From assembly GCA_963797095.1 (NCBI GenBank), contig CAWCNY010000006.1, positions 544,001 to 608,000 of the forward strand: a stretch of 64,000 nucleotides of DNA, in the 5' to 3' direction. The stretch is from an uncultured Chloroflexia bacterium (GTDB taxonomy: Bacteria; Chloroflexota; Chloroflexia; QHBQ01; JADMIH01). Position numbers and translations under genes: made by a program. The first letter of the stretch is position 1. Every line of letters begins with the position of its first letter. The notes under the pieces were generated by a model. The model worked only from the letters and a program-made list of their open reading frames with translations. It was not told where the DNA came from and made no database searches. Below are positions 9,529-20,992 of the stretch, in pieces.

Positions 9529-10872
9529 TTAGCCCGACACGATAACGCTCCAGAAGACGAGGGTGAAGTCGTAGATGCCGTGGACAATAGCGGAGGTGCT
9601 GGTGTTGGTAAGGGCGCGGATTATGCCAAGGATCAGGCCGATGATGAACACACTCAACAGGCCGTCGAGGCCGTACTGGAAGGCGTGGAGGCTGGTGAAG
9701 ACCAGATTGGAAGCGATAAGGCCGATACGGGGCTGGAGGAGTCCGCGCACTGCCATTTCTTCGCCTATGCCCGCGGTTACTCCTATCAAGATGGCACCGA
9801 AGGGGGTGATCAGGTTGGCGAGCAGCTGATCGAAGGCGGCTGTGTCGGTGGTGGACCAGCCCAGCGTCTGCCAGAGCCGATTGATGCCGGGGTCGATCAC
9901 ATAAGAGGCCACAACGGCGAGGACAAGTCCTGCGCCGACGCCGAAACCAACCTGCGCGAGGGTGGGACGCACGAAGCCGAGGCGCTCTAACGCGGGGCGT
10001 ATGCGGCGAACAATGGGCCAGCCTGCGGCGATCAGGGCCACCGGGATCGTCCACACGAACTGGTAGATGAGGTCTTCCGGCCCGGCGCTAAGGGCCTGGC
10101 TGGTAGGGCCACTCCCTGAATTGTTTACAACGCTGAGAAGAGGCGGCTTACCTCCAAGCACGATGAGCGGGATGAAATCGCTGAAGAGGATCATCGTGAG
10201 GGCAGAGAGGGCGATCTTATGAACAAAGTTGTTGGGGTCGATGGGCATGATTCGCGATACCGCCACCCGCGCCGGTTTGAGCAACATGATCGCCGATAGA
10301 AGCACGCAGAGCAACAGGAGCAGCGTGCCAACCAGCAGGCCAATTCCCGCATTGGGGTCGAAGATTTCGGAGAGGGTAGAACTGTCAATGGAGCCGGGCT
10401 GAGATAGTAGCTGGTTGAATCCCGCGCTGTCACGCACGAAGCCCAGCAGAATATACGTGAGCGTGTTGAAGAAGAGGCCCCACACAACTATGCCGAGCAT
10501 AATGTAGGCAAAGAAGGCCAATGCTACATTGGATGGGTTTTTTACAGCGCCATAGGAAAAGGCCGCAAGAGCGGCGAGTGGAATAAAGACCACACCTATC
10601 GTAAAGAAACTGCCCAACTCACCCGTCAGGGCGAGCACCACGCCCGCCGCGATCAGCGCGACAAGTATGATCCCGCCAATTATGAGGGTCTGCCTGCTGA
10701 TTTCACGTCGAGGCGGTGCGCTATATGCTCCATTGGGGGTGGGTGAAGCTTGGCTACCGTAGGGAGGAGCGTAGCCGTCGAGTGGCGCGGGTGTGGGGTA
10801 ATAGGGCGCGGTTGGCTGGCCCTCTGAGGATGAGGGAGGTGTGGGTTGCGGGCCGCCTTCGGGGGTGTTCAT
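9529..10872 (-). CDS. CPBP (CAAX/Abi) family intramembrane metalloprotease
   Basis: Multiple TM segments with the GIGEEMAVRG, FTSLH and HGIYD motifs. Confidence 0.9.
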   Translation of the reverse strand: MNTPEGGPQPTPPSSSEGQPTAPYYPTPAPLDGYAPPYGSQASPTPNGAYSAPPRREISRQTLIIGGIILVALIAAGVVLALTGELGSFFTIGVVFIPLAALAAFSYGAVKNPSNVALAFFAYIMLGIVVWGLFFNTLTYILLGFVRDSAGFNQLLSQPGSIDSSTLSEIFDPNAGIGLLVGTLLLLLCVLLSAIMLLKPARVAVSRIMPIDPNNFVHKIALSALTMILFSDFIPLIVLGGKPPLLSVVNNSGSGPTSQALSAGPEDLIYQFVWTIPVALIAAGWPIVRRIRPALERLGFVRPTLAQVGFGVGAGLVLAVVASYVIDPGINRLWQTLGWSTTDTAAFDQLLANLITPFGAILIGVTAGIGEEMAVRGLLQPRIGLIASNLVFTSLHAFQYGLDGLLSVFIIGLILGIIRALTNTSTSAIVHGIYDFTLVFWSVIVSG

Positions 10873-11086
10873 TTTCGTCTCCGTCAGGATTATTCCCTCT
10901 CAGTATAAAGGATAGCAAAGGATCGGGTCGGGGTAACTTGTATGGTACTTTGGTACAGGTTGTCACTTGAGGGGGAAATGCTTACAATCGTGTTGACCGC
11001 ACCAGGCATTCTCAATGTGACATGGTTACTTTGTATGCCGGCGATTTCCCGTTACCTGAGTCTACTGCCGAAAGGGGACAAAAATC

Positions 11087-11296
11087 ATGGATGCGGATAA
11101 CGCGATGGACGATGAAAAGAGCTTTGCAGCGGGCGACCTGGACGACCTGGCGGACGACATGGCCGATAAAGCAAGCGATGATGACAACCTGGATGACCTG
11201 GACGACCTGATAGGGGATGCCACCGACAAGGCAGATGATGCAGCAGGCGACCTGGGAGATGCAGATCTAGACGACCTGGACAACTCTGCACAGTAG
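11087..11296 (+). CDS. Small, extremely Asp-rich protein of unknown function
   Basis: 69 aa with 27 Asp, RBS-like GAAAGGGG upstream and internal AAGDL/LDDL/DKA repeats. Confidence 0.65.
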   Translation: MDADNAMDDEKSFAAGDLDDLADDMADKASDDDNLDDLDDLIGDATDKADDAAGDLGDADLDDLDNSAQ

Positions 11297-11299
11297 TTG

Positions 11300-11367
11300 A
11301 GACGAAAGACGAAGGACGAAGGACGAATAAAGTTGTAGCTTGCGTCCTTCGTCTTTCGTCTTTCGTT
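11300..11367. repeat. Inverted heptamer arrays (GACGAAR)n / (YTTCGTC)n between convergent genes
   Basis: gacgaaagacgaaggacgaaggacgaa ... cgtccttcgtctttcgtctttcgtt. Confidence 0.8.
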
Positions 11368-11369
11368 CT

Positions 11370-12485
11370 CTACTTCAACTGCCTGGGGCGCTTGGTCAAA
11401 AATGGTGGGGCAGTGTGGATCGTATAGTTGGCCTTCGTCTCGATGTAGGCGATTATGATCAGGCCTAGCCAGAGGGTGCCCACCAGATAAGCGCCGCCCA
11501 CGTCAGAAGGCCAGTGGTGGCCCATGTAGATGCGGGAAGGGCCAACCAGGAGGATAATTCCCGCCAGCAGAGTGAGGAGCGCGGTGCGGAACCAGCGCTG
11601 CTTGAGGTGGGTGAAGACCAGGTAGAAGAGGAATCCGTAGAAGGTCACGTAGTGGACGACATGACCTGATGGGAAGCTAGCTTCGGTAAGCTCGCTGACT
11701 ACGCGCACGAGGTCTTTCGTGGGGCGTGGGCGAAGCACGCGGCTTTTGATGAGAACGGTGAGCAGGTCGCCTGTCCAGGTGGAGAAGGTGAAAGCGCTCT
11801 CCATGCGGAAGCCCGCAGCCCACATAAGCGTACCTGTAGAGGCACGCGTCCCCACGCTGATCCAGCGCCAGCCCAACTCACTCACCGCATGCATAAGCCT
11901 GTCGTACATGCGGGTAGTTGGGGCCTGTATGAGGCGAGTAATGCCTATATCACCGACGAAATAGCGGTGCTTGCGTGCCAGGAAAGCCACCACGCCCGCC
12001 AGGCCAACCAGTCCGCCGTAGACCACCAGGAAGTGCTTGCCGCGATAGATCGCTTTGCGCGGGGCGACGGTAATCTTTTGAGCGCCCTGCTGGACGGCGG
12101 CCGTTACCTGTTGGGCCGCTTGCTTTGCGGTGCCAACCACTGCCTGGACGGGGACTGGATGTTGTGTGCCCTTGTTTGCTTCGCTCTGGGCGACCTGGCC
12201 TGCCTCCCTTATTGGAGTGGGTACGTTTTGCGAGTGGGTATCGAAGGCTACAGCGGGTTCGGAATGCGGATCATCGAGGATATCCTCTTCTTCTTCCATA
12301 CCACTATCACCCGGGTCGAATGCTTCCGGATCAGTAGAAGATTGCTCAAGAGAAAGTATGCTCTCCTCATGAGCTATTTGGGGGTCCGATGGATCGTTCA
12401 GATGGGCTGTATCAAATAGTGATGCGCCACGATTCTCGGATTCCTCTTTGGTTGTGGGGAGTTCGTTGGAAGAATGGTCAAGCAT
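11370..12485 (-). CDS. PAP2-family phosphatase with a long acidic disordered N-terminus
   Basis: KxxxxRPRP, SFPSGH and SRIYMGHHWPSDV motifs. Confidence 0.9.
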   Translation of the reverse strand: MLDHSSNELPTTKEESENRGASLFDTAHLNDPSDPQIAHEESILSLEQSSTDPEAFDPGDSGMEEEEDILDDPHSEPAVAFDTHSQNVPTPIREAGQVAQSEANKGTQHPVPVQAVVGTAKQAAQQVTAAVQQGAQKITVAPRKAIYRGKHFLVVYGGLVGLAGVVAFLARKHRYFVGDIGITRLIQAPTTRMYDRLMHAVSELGWRWISVGTRASTGTLMWAAGFRMESAFTFSTWTGDLLTVLIKSRVLRPRPTKDLVRVVSELTEASFPSGHVVHYVTFYGFLFYLVFTHLKQRWFRTALLTLLAGIILLVGPSRIYMGHHWPSDVGGAYLVGTLWLGLIIIAYIETKANYTIHTAPPFLTKRPRQLK

Positions 12486-12533
12486 AGCGAGTTATATAGA
12501 CAGCTACTGAAGTAGTACCCAGCAGGTAGAGCT

Positions 12534-12576
12534 TGCAAGACCTATGCCAGGAAACATGCCTGGCATAGGTCTTGCT
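12534..12576. promoter_or_regulatory. Back-to-back identical sigma54-type (-24/-12) promoters forming a 17-bp inverted repeat
   Basis: gcaagacctatgccagg-aaacatg-cctggcataggtcttgc. Each arm reads TGGCAT-AGGTC-TTGC outward (GG-N10-GC). Confidence 0.65.
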
Positions 12577-12657
12577 TCCTTGTATTTCGTGCAACCGGCA
12601 TTGCCGATTGTATGACATCACGACACAGCATTCAAGTAATACAAGGGGGTAAGAACT

Positions 12658-13053
12658 ATGACTAGCTGGACACGTGGCAAAGAGAACGAAGAACGCGGCG
12701 AAGAGGAAATGCAAAGCCCGAACATCGGCGAGAAGATCGCAGGGGCCGGGCGAAAGATCGCCGGCGAAGTTGAACAAGGTGTGGATAACCTGGGAGATAC
12801 CCTCAGCGGAAAGCAGAGGGACTTGCAGGGCGATACCAGAAATGCAGTTGATGATGCAGGCAGGTGGATGGAACGCACAGGCGAGGAGATCCGCGATTCT
12901 ACCGATGCCGCTCACGACCAGGCACGCGACACAGTCGATAAGGCCGGTGAATGGGCCGAGCACCGAGGTGAAGACATCGATCGTGCAGCTGATAAGGCCG
13001 GAGATTGGGCTGAGCAGCGTGGCGACGAAATCAAGAGGAACACCTCTTCTTAA
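12658..13053 (+). CDS. Hydrophilic repeat protein (LEA/CsbD-like general stress protein)
   Basis: Highly charged, with three DxAGxWxExxG(E/D)xI repeats. Confidence 0.65.
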   Translation: MTSWTRGKENEERGEEEMQSPNIGEKIAGAGRKIAGEVEQGVDNLGDTLSGKQRDLQGDTRNAVDDAGRWMERTGEEIRDSTDAAHDQARDTVDKAGEWAEHRGEDIDRAADKAGDWAEQRGDEIKRNTSS

Positions 13054-13125
13054 ACTCAAGTGATGCCGGACCTGCACGAATAGATCATTCACGGGTATCC
13101 GGCGAACCTTCTCGTAGCCTATGCG

Positions 13126-13156
13126 GGAGTGCACAGTCGTGCACTCCTTTCTTGTT
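13126..13156 (+). terminator. Intrinsic terminator
   Basis: ggagtgcac-agtc-gtgcactcc-tttcttgtt. Confidence 0.8.
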
Positions 13157-13302
13157 GGATTGCGTCTCTTAAATTCATTGATTCACAGGCTGGATGTGCT
13201 ATAGTGGAATGGGCAAATAGCTGTTCTTCGTACTCACAAGTGCAAAATTATGAAATCATAAGAGGCTATTTGCCGTATATAAAATAAACCCAGGAGATAG
13301 CT

Positions 13303-14280
13303 ATGACCGCTGTTACTGCAACGGTGGAGGCCGCCCGCGCCTTAGATAACGGGCAGGCCCCGGCGATTGAGGTTCGGGACCTGAAAAAGTACTACGGAGC
13401 TACCAAAGCGGTGGACGGTATCAGCTTCGAAGTCAGGCGGGGGGAGGTGTTCGGGATGCTCGGCCCCAACGGGGCGGGCAAGTCCACTACCACTGAGATA
13501 ATCGAGGGTTTGCGCAAGCCCGACTCCGGTACGGTGCTGGTGCTGGGCATGGACGTTGCCCGCCACTCTCAGGAGGTCAAGGCGCGGATCGGCGTGCAAC
13601 TCCAGACGACCGCGCTCTATCCACGACTGACGGTACGTGAGGTGCTCGACCTGTTCAGGACATTTTTCGATGGCGAGACCGTCGATACCGACACGCTGAT
13701 AGACACGGTCAACCTGCGCGAAAAGGAGAAGACCCTGTGCCGTGACCTGTCGGGCGGGCAACGGCAGCGCTTATCGGTGGCACTGGCGCTTGTGAACAAG
13801 CCGGAGGTGGTATTTTTGGACGAGCCAACCACCGGCCTCGATCCGCAGGCACGCCGAAGCATGTGGGCCACGATTTCCGATATCCAGAAGGCGGGGGCCA
13901 CCGTCTTCATGACCACGCACTATCTGGAGGAAGCCGAGACGCTGTGCGACCGGGTGGCCGTGGTGGACATGGGCAAGATAATCGCCCTGGATACCCCCAA
14001 CGCGCTGATCAATCAGAATTTCAAGGAATCGGTTATCGAGTTTGATTTGAAGGGCGCGATGCCGCCTGATGAGACCTTTCGCACCCTCAAAGGCTCTATC
14101 CGGTGGGAGGTAGACGAAAGCCAGCACGTTACGATCTACACCACTGATACTACAGCGACAATCAGCGCGTTGACCGACCTGGCCGAGGTCGGGACGATCA
14201 GCTTCGATTCGTTGGGCGTGCGGCGGGCGACCCTCGAAGACGTGTTCCTCAAGATTACGGGCAAGCGGATCAGGGAATAA
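13303..14280 (+). CDS. ABC transporter ATP-binding protein (DrrA/NodI-like)
   Basis: GPNGAGKS, LSGGQRQR, FLDEPTTGLDP and TTHYLEEAE motifs. Confidence 0.95.
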   Translation: MTAVTATVEAARALDNGQAPAIEVRDLKKYYGATKAVDGISFEVRRGEVFGMLGPNGAGKSTTTEIIEGLRKPDSGTVLVLGMDVARHSQEVKARIGVQLQTTALYPRLTVREVLDLFRTFFDGETVDTDTLIDTVNLREKEKTLCRDLSGGQRQRLSVALALVNKPEVVFLDEPTTGLDPQARRSMWATISDIQKAGATVFMTTHYLEEAETLCDRVAVVDMGKIIALDTPNALINQNFKESVIEFDLKGAMPPDETFRTLKGSIRWEVDESQHVTIYTTDTTATISALTDLAEVGTISFDSLGVRRATLEDVFLKITGKRIRE

Positions 14281-14298
14281 GAGGAGAGATGAACTGCC

Positions 14299-15390
14299 AT
14301 GAATACTAAAGCATTCTTTCAGCTTTACCTGGCGAACCTCAAAGAGTTCACGCGAGATCGTATGGCTATGTTCTGGACACTGGCCTTTCCTATCTTCTTC
14401 ATCGTGCTGTTCGGGATAATCTTCAGTGGGAGCGGCAACACCACTTTCAATGTAGGGGTGGCGGTGGAAGATAATGGGGCGCTGGGTGCGCCCCTGGGAA
14501 AGGCGTTCAGTTCGGTAAGCGCATTCACTGTGACCGATGGCACTCGCGACGACCTGGTGGACAAGCTCAAGCACGGCGACCTGGACGTGGTGATCATAGT
14601 GCCCCAGGGCGTGTCGCAGTCGGTGACGGCGGGCAAGACCGCTGACGTAGAAGTGTATTACGACCCATCAAACCAGACCACCAGCCAGGTAGTGCTCACC
14701 ATCGTGCAAAAGGTGGTTGATGGGTTTGACCAGCAGATAACGCAAAGACCCACGTTGCTGGAGATCAAGCCGGAGACAATCACCGTCGAGGGGCTGCGGT
14801 CGATAGATTATCTATTGCCCGGCATACTGGCAATGTCGCTGATGCAGCTGGGGTTGTTCGCCACGGCCCCCGCGCTTGTGCAACTCCGAGAACAGCAGGT
14901 GCTGCGACGGATCGGGGCCACTCCGCTCCCGCGCACGACCCTGCTGGCGGCGCAGATGGCCCACCGCCTGACAATCGGCCTGACTCAGACGGCGATCATA
15001 ATACTGGTGGGTACGTTGCTGTTCAACGTTCACGTTATCGGCAACTGGGGTATGCTGGTGGGGGTGGTGCTGGTAGGGGCGATTATGTTCGTGACGATGG
15101 GCTACATGATCTCAGGGTTTGCCAAGACGCAAGATAGCGTTGTCGGGATCAGCCAGCTTATCAACTTCCCCATGATGTTCCTGTCGGGCATCTTCTTCCC
15201 ACTGACGTTGATGCCCGCGTGGATACAGCCCGTGGTATCGGCCCTACCTCTCACCTACCTGGGCGATGCCCTGAGGCAGATAATGGTGGGAGCAACACCG
15301 GCTTACTCATTAGGGCTGGATATGGCTATCCTGGCTGCCTGGCTCGTTGTGTGCGGAGTGCTTGCGGTGCGCTTCTTCAAGTGGGAGTAG
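14299..15390 (+). CDS. ABC-2 type transporter permease
   Basis: N-terminal TM, extracellular loop, FLSGIFFP...LPLTY...ALR. Confidence 0.92.
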   Translation: MNTKAFFQLYLANLKEFTRDRMAMFWTLAFPIFFIVLFGIIFSGSGNTTFNVGVAVEDNGALGAPLGKAFSSVSAFTVTDGTRDDLVDKLKHGDLDVVIIVPQGVSQSVTAGKTADVEVYYDPSNQTTSQVVLTIVQKVVDGFDQQITQRPTLLEIKPETITVEGLRSIDYLLPGILAMSLMQLGLFATAPALVQLREQQVLRRIGATPLPRTTLLAAQMAHRLTIGLTQTAIIILVGTLLFNVHVIGNWGMLVGVVLVGAIMFVTMGYMISGFAKTQDSVVGISQLINFPMMFLSGIFFPLTLMPAWIQPVVSALPLTYLGDALRQIMVGATPAYSLGLDMAILAAWLVVCGVLAVRFFKWE

Positions 15391-15452
15391 GATTACCGGA
15401 CGAAAGCGAAGGCATTTAGCACCTTCGTCCTTCGTTTACACCTTATTGATTA

Positions 15453-17147
<1,695 letters not shown>

Positions 17148-17166
17148 TTAGATGGGAAATGCAAGG

Positions 17167-17300
17167 TTATCTGCCGGACCGGCCTTTTGCCTGGGCGATT
17201 CCCTGGATCAGGCGCACGAACTCCAGCACATCAAGTGGCTTGGCAATATAGGCGTGTGCGCCCGCAGCTAGCAGGCGTTCGATCTGCCGGGCTAGCAGCT
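17167..17300 (-). pseudogene. Remnant of a response-regulator receiver-domain C-terminus
   Basis: RQIERLLAAGAHAYIAKPLDVLEF matches the REC alpha4-beta5 KP motif. The N-terminal acidic/phospho-Asp part is absent. Confidence 0.6.
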
Positions 17301-17831
17301 TCACCAGCAGCAGAGCACCTATTATTTGGACCGTTGGGCGGATGCTGCGGAAGAAAGGTGAGCCGGTTTTATCGCGCATTGCTAATCGTCCTTAAGGCCA
17401 TGTGAGGTTGTGGCGAATAGGAACCGCATCGTCAGCATAACTCGGGATAGCACCTGATTCGGAGGAACCTTGCCCGATAAAGCTGGTAGATACCAACGCT
17501 TAACATCGTTTAAAGACGCCACGATGAATACAAACTCGAGATCTGAATGGTCCTACAGCCGATTGCTCCAAGTACATGAGGAGCGCCCGGCAAGGTCGAT
17601 TATAGCACCCGGTCTTGTACCGCACAAGACTTTACAGGTGCCGGAGGTGGTGTGCTCATTCTAAACAGATAGCCGAAACCAGGCGATCAAACTGCCCGGA
17701 CCCTTCAATTTGCCCGGCGGCATTCTGCGATTTATCACTTTCGGCAGCAGTCGCATGATAGCGCAAGTTAGTGCACCTTATCGGCGTGGCTAAGGCGTTT
17801 GTGATAGAATAGTGGGGTTGATCAGCGGCAT

Positions 17832-19136
17832 TTGAAGTTCGGTACCCAATTTTGGAGGTTCGTGATTAAGGATAACGAGTATCACTCAGGCGCTAGTACG
17901 CAGGGTGACGAGCCGGTAGCTGAGGAGTCGTTACACAACGCTCGCCGGAAGTTGGCTTCCGAAGGTGAGGCACAAGATAACGGCACGCCGCATGTGTCCA
18001 GGCCTCTCTTTCAAGAGTTGATCGATCTGCCGGAGATCGAGGTTGATACGGGGGAGACGCCGATCCCGCCTGATGAAAAGGCTGCGATCGAGGCGAACGC
18101 GCCCCTCCTGGCCGGGTCTGTAGAGGATATTGCCGAGGACCGGGCCTGGTTGAGCCACAGGCTACTCAACTTCCGCACCATTATTTCTTTTGCTCTGGCA
18201 ATCGGTATTATAGCCTTTCTTTTTACTCGCCTCGATATAAACCTGGAAGCAACCTGGAGCACCATCCTGACGGTGAACCCGCTGCTCTTCCTGGCGGGGT
18301 TCGTGGTGTACTATTCGGCTTTCTGGCTGAGGGGCGCGCGCTGGAAGCAGCTAATCCACAATGTGGGCCTTCACAAGGATGAGAATGTCAATCTGCCCAA
18401 TGTGAACGGGCTGGTGGAGATCATCTATCTATCATGGTTCGTGAACTGTATTGTGCCTGCCAAGTTGGGGGATGCCTACCGTAGCTACCTGCTAAAGCGC
18501 AACTCAGGCGTCTCTTTTTCGAGCACAATAGGCACGATCCTGGCCGAGCGCGTTATCGACTTGCTGGTGTTGTTCGGGCTGCTGGCTGCATCATTTACCC
18601 TCGTGGGGCAGCGGCTCGCCAGCGATTTTGCCGGTGGCGAATTCAACCTGGGCTTGGTGATGGCGGTCGGCGCGGGCATGGTGCTGCTGATCATAGCCGG
18701 GCTGGTCGGTTTGCGATTCTTCGGGGACCTGATGATCAAGTTGGTTCCGGGCAAATACAAGGAGAAATTCACCTCATTCCAGCAGGGCATCCTCCGGTCA
18801 TTCAAGCGCAAGAGCCTGCCCGCGCTATTGGGTTACACTGTGGTGATCTGGCTCTTCGAGGCAGGTAGGCTCTTCTTTGTCACCCGTTCTCTCGACGCGC
18901 AGGAAGTGACAATTTCAGCTGTGATTTTCATCGCCCTTCTTAGCTCGCTACTCACGACCCTGCCCCTGACTCCGGGCGGCGCAGGCGTGGTGGAGGGCGC
19001 GGTCGTGCTGGCGATGACTTTGTTCGTGGACAACCACAACCTCGCTGTCTCCATCGCCCTGCTCGACCGCCTGATCAACTACTGGAGCCTGATAGTTGGT
19101 GGGGCGATCCTATATTTGTTGAGCCGGCGGCGATAA
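17832..19136 (+). CDS. Lysylphosphatidylglycerol synthase TM-domain (UPF0104) flippase-like protein
   Basis: R..RW, NCIVPAKLGDAYR, ERVID, PLTPGGAGVVE and LLDRLI motifs. Confidence 0.88.
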   Translation: MKFGTQFWRFVIKDNEYHSGASTQGDEPVAEESLHNARRKLASEGEAQDNGTPHVSRPLFQELIDLPEIEVDTGETPIPPDEKAAIEANAPLLAGSVEDIAEDRAWLSHRLLNFRTIISFALAIGIIAFLFTRLDINLEATWSTILTVNPLLFLAGFVVYYSAFWLRGARWKQLIHNVGLHKDENVNLPNVNGLVEIIYLSWFVNCIVPAKLGDAYRSYLLKRNSGVSFSSTIGTILAERVIDLLVLFGLLAASFTLVGQRLASDFAGGEFNLGLVMAVGAGMVLLIIAGLVGLRFFGDLMIKLVPGKYKEKFTSFQQGILRSFKRKSLPALLGYTVVIWLFEAGRLFFVTRSLDAQEVTISAVIFIALLSSLLTTLPLTPGGAGVVEGAVVLAMTLFVDNHNLAVSIALLDRLINYWSLIVGGAILYLLSRRR

Positions 19137-19139
19137 ACT

Positions 19140-19220
19140 GGTAGTCGGTAGTCGGTAGTCAGAACCCAGGAACCAGGAACTATCGGCCATCGTCTTCCGA
19201 CTACCAACTACCGACCACCA
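19140..19220. repeat. Mixed heptamer repeats (GGTAGTC)n, (AGGAACY)n and inverted (GACTACC)
   Basis: Seen directly in the intergenic sequence. Confidence 0.7.
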
Positions 19221-19223
19221 AAA

Positions 19224-20420
19224 ATGCACATCGCCCTGGATTTCACCACAGGCATATACCCTGGCGCAGGGGTAGCGCGTTATACGCGCTCGCTCGTGGG
19301 CGCGCTGGCGCGGATCGATCCGGGTAACCGCTATTCATTGTTCTATGCAGCACGTGGTTTGCCAACCGGCACTCCTGAGGAAAGGCAGGCGGGAAAGCTC
19401 TTCGCGGAACATCCTAATTTCCGGCGCGTGCCTGTGCCAATGTCGGTAAGGCAAATGTTCGGCATGTGGCAGAGGCTTCGGATGCCCTTGCCCGCCGACC
19501 TCTTCACCGGGCGATGCGATGTGCTCCATTCGCCCGATTTCGTATCGCCGCCGCACCGAAGCGGGGCCGACGTAATCACAGTTCACGATATGTCGTTCAT
19601 GGTTGTGCCCGAATGCGCTCAGCCCAGGCTGGCAAAGTTCCTGGGAGGGGCTGTGCCCAGGGCGGTTGAACGCGCCGACCGGATCATCGCCGTATCCCAC
19701 CAGACGAAGCGGGACCTTGTGCGGCTGCTGGGCGTGCCCGAGACGAAGGTGGTGATAGCACATAACGGAATAGACCCCTGGATTGCAGGATGGAGCATGC
19801 GGAAGGCGGAATTGGGACTGGAGGAACTTGAGCGAGAGGAGGCGCGTTTGCGGGTGAAACTGGGGCTTCCCAACCGGTTTATCTTGCACGTAGGCACGCT
19901 GGAGCCTCGGAAGAACCTCGTGCGGCTGATCGAGGGGTACGAGCAGGCTGTGCGGGGGCTGGATGAAGATGTGGCGCTGGTGTTGGCCGGGCGTAAGGGC
20001 TGGCTGTACGAGCCGATACTGGCGGCAGCCGAGCGCGTGAACGACGGCGGGAGCGGAGCCAGGGTGATATTTGTGGACTTCATTCACGACGACGAACTGC
20101 CGATGCTCTATAATATGGCCGAAGTGTTCGCCTACCCAAGTTTGTACGAGGGGTTTGGACTGCCGGTGGCCGAGGCCATGATGTGCGGAACACCCACGCT
20201 TGTATCCGAGGATGGAGCGCTGGAGGAAGTGGCAGGGGACGCGGCGGTGCGCGTGGAAGCGAAATCGGTGGAGAGCATAGCAAACGGGCTGCGGCGGCTC
20301 TTGGATGATGATGCTTTGAGGGCTGAATTGTCAGCTAAAGGGCCGAAACAGGTGGCGGGTTTTACCTGGGAGGCGGCGGCTCAAAAGGTGCTGGAGGTCT
20401 ATTGGAGCTTTGGACCGTGA
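19224..20420 (+). CDS. GT4-family glycosyltransferase
   Basis: GVARY, TVHDM, VGTLEPRKNL and YPSLYEGFGLPVAEAM motifs. Confidence 0.93.
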   Translation: MHIALDFTTGIYPGAGVARYTRSLVGALARIDPGNRYSLFYAARGLPTGTPEERQAGKLFAEHPNFRRVPVPMSVRQMFGMWQRLRMPLPADLFTGRCDVLHSPDFVSPPHRSGADVITVHDMSFMVVPECAQPRLAKFLGGAVPRAVERADRIIAVSHQTKRDLVRLLGVPETKVVIAHNGIDPWIAGWSMRKAELGLEELEREEARLRVKLGLPNRFILHVGTLEPRKNLVRLIEGYEQAVRGLDEDVALVLAGRKGWLYEPILAAAERVNDGGSGARVIFVDFIHDDELPMLYNMAEVFAYPSLYEGFGLPVAEAMMCGTPTLVSEDGALEEVAGDAAVRVEAKSVESIANGLRRLLDDDALRAELSAKGPKQVAGFTWEAAAQKVLEVYWSFGP

Positions 20421-20470
20421 GATTTTGGACCGTGAGATACGTTTTGCGCTGGTTGTTGGGATAGAGTGCG

Positions 20471-20989
20471 ATGGATAGCAAGCAAGAGCAGGATCAAGAC
20501 CCATTCGATAGGCTTTACAGCCGGTGGGCGAATCACGCGCTCGATAGGCGGCTCGATCCGCCTTCACGCGAGCGGTGGGACGCTACCGTGCTCTTCTTGC
20601 TGTCGAGTGAGGACCCGGAGCGGATGGCCCGATACAGGGACATTGGGTTGGGCCGCGGCGAGAGCCTGGGGGCCGATGCTTACGAATTATGGGCCAAGAC
20701 GCCTGACTATTTCGAGAATAAATCGGCTCATATGAAGACACAGCGCGAACTGAATGAATATGAGCAAACCCACAGAGGCTCGATGCGCTCACTGATGGAG
20801 GCACGGGGCCTCGGCGACCGCTACAGGGCTATGGTCGAGAGGCAGGTCGAATACGACCGGGTGCGGAAGGAGAAGGCGAAGCGCGCTCAGAACAGAATCC
20901 TGGTCATGGGATGCGCGGGGATGGGCACGATTTTACTTATGATGCTGGTGGTTTTCCTGATAATCGCCCTGCAACTGGTGGGCAACTAA
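20471..20989 (+). CDS. Hypothetical protein with a C-terminal TM anchor
   Basis: 172 aa helical, charged ORF co-oriented between the GT4 and the flippase. Confidence 0.7.
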   Translation: MDSKQEQDQDPFDRLYSRWANHALDRRLDPPSRERWDATVLFLLSSEDPERMARYRDIGLGRGESLGADAYELWAKTPDYFENKSAHMKTQRELNEYEQTHRGSMRSLMEARGLGDRYRAMVERQVEYDRVRKEKAKRAQNRILVMGCAGMGTILLMMLVVFLIIALQLVGN

Positions 20990-20992
20990 TCA

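Noticed and set aside
13211-13275. c-di-GMP-I riboswitch (GGCAAA...GCAAA)
   Set aside because: It lacks the P2 stem with a GNRA loop, so it is kept only as an unnamed structured leader.
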